DNA from: Candidatus Hydrogenedentota bacterium
GTDB lineage: Bacteria > Hydrogenedentota > Hydrogenedentia > Hydrogenedentales > SLHB01
DNA length: 64,000 nt
Reading direction: 5' to 3'
NCBI GenBank assembly: GCA_963745075.1
Contig: CAVUWV010000021.1
Coordinates: 32,001 to 96,000 of the forward strand
In this document: positions 29,909 through 39,947 of the stretch, piece by piece
Position numbering within the stretch: the stretch's first letter is position 1
Layout of the letters: each line of letters opens with the position of its first letter
The notes under the pieces: model-generated
Seen by the model: only the letters and a program-made list of their open reading frames with translations
Database searches by the model: none
Told to the model about the DNA's origin: nothing
Made by a program: the position numbers and the translations under genes

Positions 29909-31474
29909 TCACGTCTTCCGTGTTGATCCCCGAAACGAACGAATGGCTGCGGCGATTGCGAGCAAACTGACCAGCACCAGCATCACATTCGGAACGAGCC
30001 GGGGCCCCGGAGGAAACGGATGTGGGCCGGGCCGCGCGGCCGGGAGAATCCCGCCAAGCCGGTTCATCCGCGTTTCGGCGGGTGTGACGTTTCCGAGCCG
30101 GTACATGTTGCCGCGACCATCGAAGTAGGTGTCGATCAACGTGAACCGCCCCCATGGATCGAACATCCCCGTGATGCCGGTATTGGCGCAATGGGCCAAC
30201 GGAAGCCGCGTCTCTACCGCCCGCACCCGGGCGATTTCGAGTTCCTGTTCGATGGCGCTGCTGGCCCCGAACCATCCGAGATTGGTCATCACGACCAGGA
30301 GATCGGCCCCTTCGCTCCGCAGATAGGCTGACATGGGCGCAAACAGAACTTCGAAGCAGATCAGCGGGCCGAGCGTTCGACCGTCAACGGCGAACACTTT
30401 CGGGGTTTTGCCCGGCTCGATATCCCCAATGGCGGGCACGACTTTGGATATGAAGGGCAAATACGCGCTCAGGGGAACGTATTCCCCAAACGGCGCCAAG
30501 TGGATCTTGTCGTAATAGTCCACAAGTTCCCCCTTCGCCGAAACCAGCTCACTGGAGTTCAGACTGCCCCCCGTCTCTGAATCGGTCCGCTCGGCGCCGG
30601 TCAACAAGGCCGCATGCGTGTCGCGGGTCAGGCGTTGCACCTCATCCAGGATCGGCGGGGAATCGATGTCGTCCATAATCAGACTTTCCGGCCACACGAA
30701 AAGGTCGACTGGCCCGGTTTGCGCCAACATGCGGGACTTGGCCGCAGCGTTCTGAACCATGTCCAGGGTGTACTCGGGATCCCACTTCATCTCGAGGGGG
30801 AAATCCGCTTGGAGCATGCCGACGCGGTATGGTTTCTCCCCGTAGTCGGCGGGCGCCAACAGAAGCCAACCGAAAGCGTGAACCCCGATCAAGATTAACG
30901 CCGCTGCGGCCGCGCGCGGAAAACGTCGTTCGCGCTGGACGATCGCGCCGGCAATCAGCCCATTGACGGCAACGAGAATCGCGGAAATCAGCGGCACCCC
31001 GCCGAGACAGGCCCACTGCAACAGCGACAAATCGCTGCCCTGCGAATAGCCGAGGGCGCCCCAGCCGAACCCCGTGAACGCGAAGGACTGCAGGTGTTCC
31101 ACGGCGCCCCACAAAAGCGCCAGCGTCAGTACGGGCGGAATCCGCGGCAGAACCTGCTTCATGTGAATCCACGCCCAGCCCTCGACGGCCCAGAAAAGCG
31201 CCATGATCGCAGAGAGCGCCACGTATCCCCAAAAGGCCCAGCCCCCGGCCCAGAACACGTTGGACATAAGCCACTGAAGCAGGACCAGATAGAATGCGAA
31301 ACCCGCAAGAAAGAATTGGCCGGCGGATTGGCGCGGGGTCGAGTTCCACACCCGGCAGAACAGGGGAATCAGCGCCACCCACGCCAAAGGGAACAGGTGG
31401 TAGGTGGGAAAGCACAGGGCAAGCAGCGCACCCGATGCAATGGCGACGACATAGGTTTTCAGGAAGGACATCAT
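29909..31474 (-). CDS. lnt: Apolipoprotein N-acyltransferase
   Basis: GFGWGALGYSQ, VWPES, YDKIHLAPFGEYVP, ICFE and RAVET motifs. Confidence 0.94.
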   Translation of the reverse strand: MMSFLKTYVVAIASGALLALCFPTYHLFPLAWVALIPLFCRVWNSTPRQSAGQFFLAGFAFYLVLLQWLMSNVFWAGGWAFWGYVALSAIMALFWAVEGWAWIHMKQVLPRIPPVLTLALLWGAVEHLQSFAFTGFGWGALGYSQGSDLSLLQWACLGGVPLISAILVAVNGLIAGAIVQRERRFPRAAAAALILIGVHAFGWLLLAPADYGEKPYRVGMLQADFPLEMKWDPEYTLDMVQNAAAKSRMLAQTGPVDLFVWPESLIMDDIDSPPILDEVQRLTRDTHAALLTGAERTDSETGGSLNSSELVSAKGELVDYYDKIHLAPFGEYVPLSAYLPFISKVVPAIGDIEPGKTPKVFAVDGRTLGPLICFEVLFAPMSAYLRSEGADLLVVMTNLGWFGASSAIEQELEIARVRAVETRLPLAHCANTGITGMFDPWGRFTLIDTYFDGRGNMYRLGNVTPAETRMNRLGGILPAARPGPHPFPPGPRLVPNVMLVLVSLLAIAAAIRSFRGSTRKT

Positions 31475-31550
31475 GGGACGCGAATCATGCGGGACGACAT
31501 GGAGAAAAATCAACCGCCACCATGCGTTGCAGTTCCCGAAAAGCCGGAAC

Positions 31551-32759
31551 CTACAGCTCCTCGTCCATGAGGTCGACTTCTTGCTGAAGCTTGTCGCGAT
31601 TACGCCATTCGGTTCCACGCCAGAAGTCGAGCGCGTTCTCCATCGGCGGTTTCATGTCGCGCAAATCGACCACGGTGGGCGACACGAAGATGAGAAGATG
31701 GCTGTTCAGAATGTCGTTCTTCCGTCCACGGAACGGGATGCCCAACACCGGTAGCCGCCCGATGATCGGCACGCGCTTTTCCGTCTTCCGGATCACCCGG
31801 CTGGACAACCCGCCGATGACCAGCGTTTGCGAATTCGGGACCAGCACCGACCCCGTCTGTTTTCGGCTGGAAAACACCGGCACCTGCAACCCCTGGATGG
31901 GGGTGTCGCGCAAACGGTCGCTTACTTCCAAGTTCGTGATGTCGATTCGGACGATGTTGTCGGGCCGGACTACGGGTTTCAGGTTGATATTTACGCCCAG
32001 TTGACGCCAATTGATCTTCAAAATGGGAACGCCGTTCTTATACTCGACCCCCTGATACGGAACGTCTTCACCGGCATTAATTTGTGCCGTCTGCTGGTCG
32101 ATGACCAGCAATTGCGGTTTCGAAATCAGGTCGGAATCCGACTTCGTCTCGATGGCCCGCAGAATACCGTCAATGGTCCCGCGATCGTCGTCGATGATAC
32201 TGTACGTGAGACCGGCGCCGCGTCGCGTGTTGAGTTGGAACTCTCCGGGACGATTCGGATCGTTGACCAACGAGTTCCCCGGCGTCCACGGGGTGTCGGA
32301 CTCGGGAGTCAGCCGCACGTTATCCGGGTAAGGGCTTCCGTCCGGCGCGGGCAACGTCGTCTGAAACGCCGGATCGGTGGGAACGAAGGTATCGGTCCGA
32401 ACCCGTTCCACGGATCCGCTCTGTTCGGCGCCGCGCACAAAACGGGTGTAGTTGAGATTGGAGCCAATCTCGCGGGCGCCGTCTTCATCGGTCTGACTGA
32501 TCCACACCTGAATCTGGACCTGACTGATCGGGGTCGGAGGCGGTGGCACGGCGGGCGCTTCCGCGGCCGGAGCCTCCGGGGCCGCGGCGGGCGCTTCGGC
32601 AGCCGGGGCCGCGGCGGGCGCTTCGGCAGCCGGAGCCGCGGCGGGCGCCGCTTCTGCCGGTGGCGGTGCTGGCGCTGCCGGTGCTGGATCTTGCGCGTAG
32701 ACCGTACCGCACGTCAACACCAACGCCGCGAGGAGACAGTTCTTAACTACGCGTACCAT
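31551..32759 (-). CDS. Short secretin (C-domain only) with Ala/Pro linker
   Basis: Signal peptide, APAAAPAAE linker, QVQIQV...ISKPQLLV...GEDVPY...TLVIGGL...VPIIGRLPVLGIPFR...LLIFVSPTVV. Confidence 0.88.
   Translation of the reverse strand: MVRVVKNCLLAALVLTCGTVYAQDPAPAAPAPPPAEAAPAAAPAAEAPAAAPAAEAPAAAPEAPAAEAPAVPPPPTPISQVQIQVWISQTDEDGAREIGSNLNYTRFVRGAEQSGSVERVRTDTFVPTDPAFQTTLPAPDGSPYPDNVRLTPESDTPWTPGNSLVNDPNRPGEFQLNTRRGAGLTYSIIDDDRGTIDGILRAIETKSDSDLISKPQLLVIDQQTAQINAGEDVPYQGVEYKNGVPILKINWRQLGVNINLKPVVRPDNIVRIDITNLEVSDRLRDTPIQGLQVPVFSSRKQTGSVLVPNSQTLVIGGLSSRVIRKTEKRVPIIGRLPVLGIPFRGRKNDILNSHLLIFVSPTVVDLRDMKPPMENALDFWRGTEWRNRDKLQQEVDLMDEEL
32581..32650 (-). repeat. 27-nt tandem repeat encoding the APAAAPAAE linker
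   Basis: Plus-strand unit GCCGCGGCGGGCGCTTCGGCAGCCGG(G/A) repeated about 2.5 times. Confidence 0.8.
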
Positions 32760-33919
32760 TACGGACTGCCTCCCAGTTCCGAGTCAATGCCTTCTTTCCG
32801 TTTCTCGCCGGAGATCCCCTCGGCAATCCCTTCTGGGATATTCGCAATACCACCGATCACGTCGCCGATCACGTCGGTTGGCTTGACTCGTTCCTTCGGT
32901 TGGTCCTCGTCCTCGAAGACCGACTCATCCGCCACGGTGTATGCAGGACGCCACGCCTCGCACTTGATGAAGAAGACGAGTTCGCGGCGCTGTTCTTCGG
33001 TCGTGCGATTGCCCAGCGTGGATGAAACGGGCGAACCGATGAGATTACCGGGAACCACTCGCTCCACAAGCCCGACGGCCAAGTCTTCGGCCTTCGTCAG
33101 CCCGGGCACGGAATCCAGGGATTTTGCCTTCCGGTTCCGGAACAGGCCGCCGAGAATGAGCACCTGCCCGTGACGCACCCAGACGTTGGTCGTAATGCTG
33201 CGCGAAACAAAAGTCGGTGCGACGACCTGGTTGGCGCCGGCAAAGCGGTCATCCACCGCGACGACGATGTCCTCACCGAGTTCCTTCACTTCGGCCATCA
33301 ACTGCAGTTGAATGTACGTATCGTCGACGGTAGTCCAGTCGCCATCGTCGTCGATCACTTCCGGCACACCGACCTGGAGGATGACGCCCGTCTTCCGAAA
33401 ATCGGTTACGCCGACGACCGTCGTCCCGACGACGGTCGGGTTCTCATACGGATTCTCCTCCACGGTCTCAATTATGGTGGGGACCGCATTACGCACCATC
33501 ACCATCGCTTTCGGACGGGACAGGATGTACGCACGGTTTTCGTTAACGAGTCCCTGGAGCACAAATTCGAGATCGCCATCACTCATGTGGATACGATCGA
33601 GAAAGACTGTAATTGCGCCTTCCGTGTCCAGGGGAAACGTCAGGTCAGCGGTGGATATGGCGCCCTGACCGTCGGAAACCCGGCCGTAGGTCTTCGGTTC
33701 ATTTCGACGGGCGTAGAAGGCGCTCAGCCCGGTGTCGACCCCTTTGGTCGCCTGGAATTCCACGACCTTCATCGTAACGGTAACCTGCTCCGGAGCGCCG
33801 ACCTGCGCGGGCGTCTCCGGCACGGTAATCGTGATGGGCGCCGCATCCTGGCCCCATGCGGCGACGCAGCACAGCAGCGACGTGATGGCCAGTATTCTGC
33901 AGATGGCTCGGGGCATCAT
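32759..33919 (-). CDS. Second short secretin-like protein (divergent C-domain only)
   Basis: QVTVTMKVVE, ILSRPKAMV, TGVILQV, VRHGQVLILGGL...VPGL and RRELVFFI motifs; GGGAGG RBS. Confidence 0.8.
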   Translation of the reverse strand: MMPRAICRILAITSLLCCVAAWGQDAAPITITVPETPAQVGAPEQVTVTMKVVEFQATKGVDTGLSAFYARRNEPKTYGRVSDGQGAISTADLTFPLDTEGAITVFLDRIHMSDGDLEFVLQGLVNENRAYILSRPKAMVMVRNAVPTIIETVEENPYENPTVVGTTVVGVTDFRKTGVILQVGVPEVIDDDGDWTTVDDTYIQLQLMAEVKELGEDIVVAVDDRFAGANQVVAPTFVSRSITTNVWVRHGQVLILGGLFRNRKAKSLDSVPGLTKAEDLAVGLVERVVPGNLIGSPVSSTLGNRTTEEQRRELVFFIKCEAWRPAYTVADESVFEDEDQPKERVKPTDVIGDVIGGIANIPEGIAEGISGEKRKEGIDSELGGSP

Positions 33920-33926
33920 GCCTCCC

Positions 33927-34901
33927 TTACCGCTCAAACGAACCTACGCATTCGTAGCGGTGAATGTCGTCGATATTCTGAAAGTTGCTGAACCGCACAC
34001 TGAACGCCCGGATTTCTCCCGGGTTCAGCCGCCCGATATTGACGGTGTTCGTGTCGTACACCATGTTGCCGAATCCGTAAATGGTCACAATCACCTGTAC
34101 CCCGTACAAGACACTGTCGCTGCGGTTGACGACCTGGCCGGTAACCACGTAGTACAAACTCTCGCGGGTCAGGAGGTCCCGCCCGCTCTGGAACGACGCC
34201 GTATTGATCACCGCGAGCGGTTGTTTTTCGATTTCGCGACGCTGCACCTCGGCCGGCGTTAGTACAACGTACCCGCCCGAAGGCAGGAATTCGATGCGCG
34301 AACTGACCTCGGGATCGCTCGCCGTCTCGGGGTTCACTTTCACCACCTGCGCGTAGAGCCGGCCGGCATATTCGTAGTCCCCGCGTTTCCAAAGCATATC
34401 GGCCAGCTTCAATTGGTTGTCGAGGTTATTCGGGTCCGCCTTCAGCGTCTCCGTCAGCGCGCGGATTCGGGCATCCAGCTTCTCGGGCGTCAAATACTGG
34501 CGCTCATACTCCTCTTGCAGGCTGGCGATATATTGCTGACTTTGGTCCGCGAACTCGCCGTCCGGCGCCAACCGCAAGTACTCATTGAACACTTCGATGG
34601 CTTCGCGGAAACTCTTGATTTCCATGTAGGCCACACCAAGCCAGTAGCGCGCGTCGAGCGATGACTTCGAGTTGGGGTACTTGCCGATAACTTGAAGAAG
34701 CCGTGGAATGACTACCGTCGTGTCGCCGGACTTGATCATCCGGCGGGCTTCTTCAACTTCCTTGCTGCTGGACCGCTCGTTTATGACACGGTTCTTCGAC
34801 ACCGGTGTCTCGGTCATCGGCGGGTTCGACCGCGGCGTCGTACACCCGGCCGACACGAAAAGAAGGGCCGTAACCGCAATTACTGCGAGCGGCAGGCCCA
34901 T
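33927..34901 (-). CDS. TPR lipoprotein with C-terminal Ig-like (FxLYD-like) domain
   Basis: Lipobox SAGC; TPRs (ARYWLGVAY...FNEYLRLAPDG); C-terminal VTGQVVN...LNPGEIRAFSV. Start position uncertain. Confidence 0.78.
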   Translation of the reverse strand: MGLPLAVIAVTALLFVSAGCTTPRSNPPMTETPVSKNRVINERSSSKEVEEARRMIKSGDTTVVIPRLLQVIGKYPNSKSSLDARYWLGVAYMEIKSFREAIEVFNEYLRLAPDGEFADQSQQYIASLQEEYERQYLTPEKLDARIRALTETLKADPNNLDNQLKLADMLWKRGDYEYAGRLYAQVVKVNPETASDPEVSSRIEFLPSGGYVVLTPAEVQRREIEKQPLAVINTASFQSGRDLLTRESLYYVVTGQVVNRSDSVLYGVQVIVTIYGFGNMVYDTNTVNIGRLNPGEIRAFSVRFSNFQNIDDIHRYECVGSFER

Positions 34902-34941
34902 GCACTGCGCGGATTTGCCTGATCTCACTACCGACCGTCCC

Positions 34942-35373
34942 CTACTTCTTCGTTTCCTCTTCCTTCGCGACGTCACCATCGAGTTGCTTCAGAATGAGTT
35001 CGGTAATATCATCGGCAGCGATTGCAGGCTGGAGACTACCCAGATATCCCTGCGCCGCGATGAGATCGTATTCCGTATCCTGACCGACTTGGGCGATGGC
35101 GCGGGTCGTACGGTCACTGGCTCGGCTCATCAAAATCCAGTACTTCCCCGTTCCCCGCTCGATCTTGCTTTTTTTCAACTCTTTATACTCAGGAGTCGCC
35201 TTGATGATGGCGTCGTAGTCGATTTCCCCAGCCTTCTCGAAGCCGGTCGCCACGCCCCAATACACCTTTTGGGGGTCAACCTGTTCCTTGGGGATGGAGT
35301 GCATCTCCGCAAATGCCAGAGAGGCTGCCATCGCAATCGCAACCCACGCTGTGAATCTTGCGTTGGTACTCAT
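34942..35373 (-). CDS. Small exported OmpH/Skp-like protein lacking the long coiled coil
   Basis: Signal peptide; EIDYDAIIKATPEYKEL and AIAQVGQDTEYDLI...DITELILKQL resemble the two halves of the Skp body. Confidence 0.6.
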   Translation of the reverse strand: MSTNARFTAWVAIAMAASLAFAEMHSIPKEQVDPQKVYWGVATGFEKAGEIDYDAIIKATPEYKELKKSKIERGTGKYWILMSRASDRTTRAIAQVGQDTEYDLIAAQGYLGSLQPAIAADDITELILKQLDGDVAKEEETKK

Positions 35374-35459
35374 GTTCGTAGTCCCTCACTTCGCCCAAAT
35401 GTTGTTATGGACTTACGCACAAGACAGGCATCGCAACCTGTGGTCCCGCACAGAACACC

Positions 35460-35488
35460 AGTCTACGAATTCTACTGCCGCATGTCAA
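35460..35488 (-). promoter_or_regulatory. sigma70-type promoter for the Skp-TPR-secretin operon
   Basis: Minus strand TTGACA-17 nt-TAGACT. Confidence 0.7.
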
Positions 35489-35911
35489 CTGTTTATACGC
35501 GCCCCGCTTGGTGCTGTATGGAGAACCAAGGTCGGTAGGCTTTCCGCTAACCCCCCAAATTCGCGAGAGTTCCTGACGTTCGCCCAAATTGCTTTGGACG
35601 GGCGAGCCATCTCGTCGTACGCTACTCTCTCAGAAAGTGTATACTCACAATTACGGGAAAGTTGCACCGTTCGTTACAGACTTTCGAACACCTTTCCAGT
35701 TTGGAGCGGTATCTGTGCGTCTATACCTATCGCTGTTTCCGCACTAGACGCCACAAGGGCTTGTGGTATTCAGGGGGAAGTGATCCGGACTTCCTGAGGA
35801 GGGCAACACAGACGACTTCACGCATTCTTCGCGTAAGTTTAACCGACGGACCCCTGCCAAGGCAAATGCCCGCACGCTTTGTCAACAGGTTGCAATTTGG
35901 CCACGTTAGCT

Positions 35912-35940
35912 TTGACAGGGCATGGGCCGTTACCTAAAAT
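35912..35940 (+). promoter_or_regulatory. sigma70-type promoter for the GH42-like gene
   Basis: TTGACA-17 nt-TAAAAT about 50 nt upstream of ATG 35990. Confidence 0.75.
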
Positions 35941-35989
35941 GGGGTTCTCGTGCCCCACACAAGTACCTCTGAGTGAAAGGATTTCCCGT

Positions 35990-38650
35990 ATGACTGGACG
36001 TTTCCGCCTCCCGCTCGGGCTGTGCGTGTGTGCGCTAGGATTTGTTGCCTGGGCGGAAACCGGGGCCGGGCACGATCGGGCTCCGGACCCGGTTCAACGG
36101 CTTTGGGTGGAAAAGCTCGACGGGACACGGACTTCTCAAGCCCGTATCGAGGTTCATGTGGCCTCCCAGTATACGCTTCCGGCATCGGTGCTGTGGCAAG
36201 GCACCGTCGTGGCGACGGAAACTTTCGACGATGTCGTAGCCGAACTGACCGTGACATCACCAGACGGTGAGCCATTGAGCGAGGGCAGCGTGCAGTTGGA
36301 CGTCCGGCCTGGGGAGAACCCCTTCACGCTGACGTGGACTCCCGGCGCGCTTGAAGACGGGATCTACCAGGCACAGTTGAAGGTAGAACGCTCGGAAGAG
36401 ATGGTGCTCGCGACCCAGGATTATCGTATTCGCCAGATTTCCGAGAGCAACCTTACGACGCTCCTTGAATCGCTGGAGAGTGACTCGGCCCAATTGCGCG
36501 ATCACCTGGCCACCCACGCCGCAGGTGCGGCGCTCTCCCCTTACGCGACCATGCGCTTTGCGATCGCCGAAGATTACTTGCCAATCGTGAAAAAGGCCTT
36601 TGACGATGGTTCCTGGCGCCGGGCGCAGGACGACGGCACATTTCTCGCGAAACTGCTCGCTGCGGCACGGGTGGAATTGGCGTTCCGCCCGGCAGGGGAA
36701 GCCGGGGAGTCCTCCCCGTCCCCCCTCATCAGCGACGTTTCCGTTGAAAATGCGCGGTTTGTGAGCCAACAGCGGCCGGTATTTCTGTTCGGCGCAACGG
36801 GCGCCGCGGAGGAACTGGCCGCGTCGCTTCCGTCGCTGCGACGCTACGGTCTGAATCTGGTTGCGACGCGGGTAGGTCCGGCGGACACCCTCCCGAGTCG
36901 GGGTGGCAACGGCATCGTGCCGGCAGACCTCTTGAACCTGTTCGATGGCGCAAAGAAAGAAAGCATGGGAGTCAGCGTAAGCCTGGCGCCCAATAAAATG
37001 GCTCCGTGGGCATACGAGTCATGGCCCGCGCTCGCCGAGCACCATGCAGGCACCTTCCCCTACGATATTTCCCACCCGAAAGTGCAGCCGATTCTTGCGC
37101 AACACACCCGCACCATTGTGCAAAGTCTGGCGAATCGCGATGCCTTGGTAAGTATTGCCGTAGCCGATCGCCCGGAAATGCAGTTCATGGGAGAGCCGGT
37201 ACGCCAAGGGCTCATTGCGTTCGCAAAGCAGCAGTATGGCGACCGAACGACGATGAACCGAATTTGGGGCACGTTGTACCTGAACTTCGACGAGGTCAAG
37301 CTGTCCTGGGACTACGAGCGGCCGGCATACCGCCACGATCTGGAACTCTACGAACAGAAACTGGGAAGCATCTTTCTGGACCAACTCATCGACATGGTGC
37401 GGAAGCAGGCTCCGGATGTGCCCGTGCAGGTCAACTTCACCGACCGCGTGTTCGATCCCGGCGAATCGGCCTTTGGCGTAAACCGGGAAACGGTGGAACG
37501 GAAAACGGATATCAGCGGGTGTATGGCGAGCGAGGACCTCGGTCATTCCTATCTTGCGCTGGGCTATCCGTCGCAAAGCCTCAACTACACGCTGCTGCGC
37601 TCGATGAACCGTGGTGCCCCCGTGTTCAATGCGGAAGACACCTTTGTCGTACCGTCCATGGCTCTTGCGTCCACCTACGAGCCGGCGGCATATGCCCTGG
37701 AATGGGAAGGCGCGATGGCCGGGCTGGACGCGTCCACGGCGCCGTTGGGAAGCCGGGACGGGAATCCGCAAACGTTGCTGGGCCGCCCCCAGCGTTTGGA
37801 AGGCTTCGCGCGCGCATGTCTGGATCTGAATCGATTGGCCCCCATCGTGAACGCATTTCAGGATTCCGCACCGGAGGTCAGCATTCTCTGGAGTATGTCG
37901 TCTAAGGTCTACAACGACGGTGTCCCATATCTGGAATCCGTCAAACGGGCCTATGAAGGATGTCACACGTTTGGGTTCAAAGTGGAATTCCTGACCGAGG
38001 AGGACTGCGAAGGCGGCGCGCTGGATCGCGTCAAGATTCTGGTGATTCCGGACGTTCTTTCGATGTCGGACAAGGCGTTCCTCGCCGTGGACAAGTACAT
38101 CTCGAACGGCGGGATCGCGATACGTCAGGGAAAGCCGATCGCCTACAACCCGAGCGGGTTGGCGCGCCAAGACACCCTGACAACGTCCGCGCGGACGATT
38201 CTCATCCAGGGCATCGATTCGCCGACAAGCTATCTCCATGCTCTGGATGCGGCGTGTGCCTTGAACGGAGCGCCGTCGGTCCCCCGAGCCATCAATGCGT
38301 CACAATACCCCTTGGAGGGTGTCAAGACCCGATTCGTCGAGTACGATGGCAATGCGTATCTCTACGCGATCAACTTGCGTAAGACGGCCGAAACCGTATA
38401 TCTGGCGGGACGCTACGCCAGCGGCTTGGACCTAATCGGCGGCGCAACGGCCAAATTCCCAATGACGATGAACCCGTTGGAACCCATGCTGTTACGCCTG
38501 GACACGCCGGATGACAACGCCCCTGCCGAGGAGTCGAGCGAAGCGCCGAAAGCGGACGATGTTCCGCTCGGGATCGTCGAACCGATTCACCGGGCAGCCG
38601 TTGAAGAAAAGCCTGCACCGCGGCCTCACCGCCGTCATGGAACTCGCTAA
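35990..38650 (+). CDS. Secreted GH42/beta-galactosidase-like protein
   Basis: Signal peptide; QYGDRTTMNRIWGTLYLNFDEV, FNAE and a trimerisation-like domain (KILVIPDVLSMSD...YISNGG). Confidence 0.65.
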   Translation: MTGRFRLPLGLCVCALGFVAWAETGAGHDRAPDPVQRLWVEKLDGTRTSQARIEVHVASQYTLPASVLWQGTVVATETFDDVVAELTVTSPDGEPLSEGSVQLDVRPGENPFTLTWTPGALEDGIYQAQLKVERSEEMVLATQDYRIRQISESNLTTLLESLESDSAQLRDHLATHAAGAALSPYATMRFAIAEDYLPIVKKAFDDGSWRRAQDDGTFLAKLLAAARVELAFRPAGEAGESSPSPLISDVSVENARFVSQQRPVFLFGATGAAEELAASLPSLRRYGLNLVATRVGPADTLPSRGGNGIVPADLLNLFDGAKKESMGVSVSLAPNKMAPWAYESWPALAEHHAGTFPYDISHPKVQPILAQHTRTIVQSLANRDALVSIAVADRPEMQFMGEPVRQGLIAFAKQQYGDRTTMNRIWGTLYLNFDEVKLSWDYERPAYRHDLELYEQKLGSIFLDQLIDMVRKQAPDVPVQVNFTDRVFDPGESAFGVNRETVERKTDISGCMASEDLGHSYLALGYPSQSLNYTLLRSMNRGAPVFNAEDTFVVPSMALASTYEPAAYALEWEGAMAGLDASTAPLGSRDGNPQTLLGRPQRLEGFARACLDLNRLAPIVNAFQDSAPEVSILWSMSSKVYNDGVPYLESVKRAYEGCHTFGFKVEFLTEEDCEGGALDRVKILVIPDVLSMSDKAFLAVDKYISNGGIAIRQGKPIAYNPSGLARQDTLTTSARTILIQGIDSPTSYLHALDAACALNGAPSVPRAINASQYPLEGVKTRFVEYDGNAYLYAINLRKTAETVYLAGRYASGLDLIGGATAKFPMTMNPLEPMLLRLDTPDDNAPAEESSEAPKADDVPLGIVEPIHRAAVEEKPAPRPHRRHGTR

Positions 38651-38805
38651 CCGCAGCATCGCCGGATTCATAAGGTGTCGTCTGCGATTCCGGAGCCGGT
38701 TTTGAGGGGCTCCGGCATGATTTGGTATCCTGTTTAGACGTGACCAAGGCGTTGGCGTAGTGCACTGCTTCGCTCAAAGTGTGGATTCCAATTATGGAGT
38801 GGTTG

Positions 38806-39339
38806 ATGTCGGTATTGAATGTCGTCTTGTATCCGGACGATCCGCTGACAAAAGTTGCGGATCCGGTCGAGTCGTTTACTCCGGAAATCGCCGATCTGGC
38901 TGCAAGCATGTTTGAGACCATGTACGCCTTCGATGGGGTTGGCTTGGCGGCACCACAGGTCGGGCTCGCGAAACGGCTCTTCGTGCTGAATGAACCGGAC
39001 GGCGCAAAGATGTGCCTCGTCAATCCCGAAATCCTCGAACGTGAAGGCGAAGAAAAGGGACAGGAGGGCTGCCTCAGTCTGCCGGAAATCTACCTGGACG
39101 TTCCCCGTGCAACGCGAATCGTGGTCCGGGCGCAGGACGTCTACGGGGAAGTGCGGGAATTCGAGGCCCATGATTTTCTGGCCCGAATCATTCAACACGA
39201 GCTGGATCATCTCGACGGGATCATCTTCCTGGATCGAGTCGACGTGTTGACGCGACATGCCATGCTCCAGGAGTGGCAGGAAGTCCGTAACCGCTTGCTG
39301 GCAAACTCCATTACCGGGAGCCGGCCTCGTGCTTTTTGA
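38806..39339 (+). CDS. def: Peptide deformylase
   Basis: GVGLAAPQVG, EGCLS and QHELDHLDG motifs. Confidence 0.96.
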   Translation: MSVLNVVLYPDDPLTKVADPVESFTPEIADLAASMFETMYAFDGVGLAAPQVGLAKRLFVLNEPDGAKMCLVNPEILEREGEEKGQEGCLSLPEIYLDVPRATRIVVRAQDVYGEVREFEAHDFLARIIQHELDHLDGIIFLDRVDVLTRHAMLQEWQEVRNRLLANSITGSRPRAF

Positions 39340-39931
39340 ATCCCCCTCGGTCGAGCGTCTCATCGAGGCGTTCCGGCGATTGCCCGGTGTGGGCAAGCGT
39401 TCGGCCGAACGGTACGCACTGCATCTCCTGAGCGCGCCGGCGGAAGAAGCCCGATTTATCAGCGAAGCCATTCGCGACGCCCGCGAACGAATCACCACCT
39501 GCTCGAAATGCTGTAATCTGACCGAAACCGATCCCTGCCCCATTTGCAGCCATCCCAATCGCGACCGCAGCCTGATTTGCGTGGTCGAGCGTCCTGCGGG
39601 AGTCATGGCGATCGAAAAAGGCGCCAGTTACCGAGGCCTGTATCACGTCCTGAACGGCGCCTTGAATCCGCTTGAAGGGATCGGCCCCGATGAAATCACC
39701 GTGGGGAAACTCATGGCCCGGCTTCGTGAAGGTGGGGTAACGGAAGTGATCGTCGCGACCAACGCCACGGCGGAAGGCGAAGCAACCGCGCTCTATCTCT
39801 CCCGTCAGATTGGGGAATTGGGGATCGCGGTGACGCGCATCGCCCATGGCGTCCCCATGGGCAGCGGATTGGAATTCGCCGACGACGTGACGTTGTCGCA
39901 TGCACTTCAAGGTCGAACGAAGCTCGGTTAA
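39329..39931 (+). CDS. recR: Recombination mediator RecR
   Basis: LPGVGKRSAER, C4 zinc finger, ICVVE and ATNATAEGEATA; GTG start overlapping def. Confidence 0.96.
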   Translation: MLFESPSVERLIEAFRRLPGVGKRSAERYALHLLSAPAEEARFISEAIRDARERITTCSKCCNLTETDPCPICSHPNRDRSLICVVERPAGVMAIEKGASYRGLYHVLNGALNPLEGIGPDEITVGKLMARLREGGVTEVIVATNATAEGEATALYLSRQIGELGIAVTRIAHGVPMGSGLEFADDVTLSHALQGRTKLG

Positions 39932-39947
39932 CCGGGGGAATTTGTCC

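Noticed and set aside
35500..35900. ncRNA or small gene in the 600-bp divergent intergenic region
   Set aside because: No recognisable riboswitch, tRNA or convincing RBS-led ORF was found. The two divergent sigma70 promoters explain part of the region.
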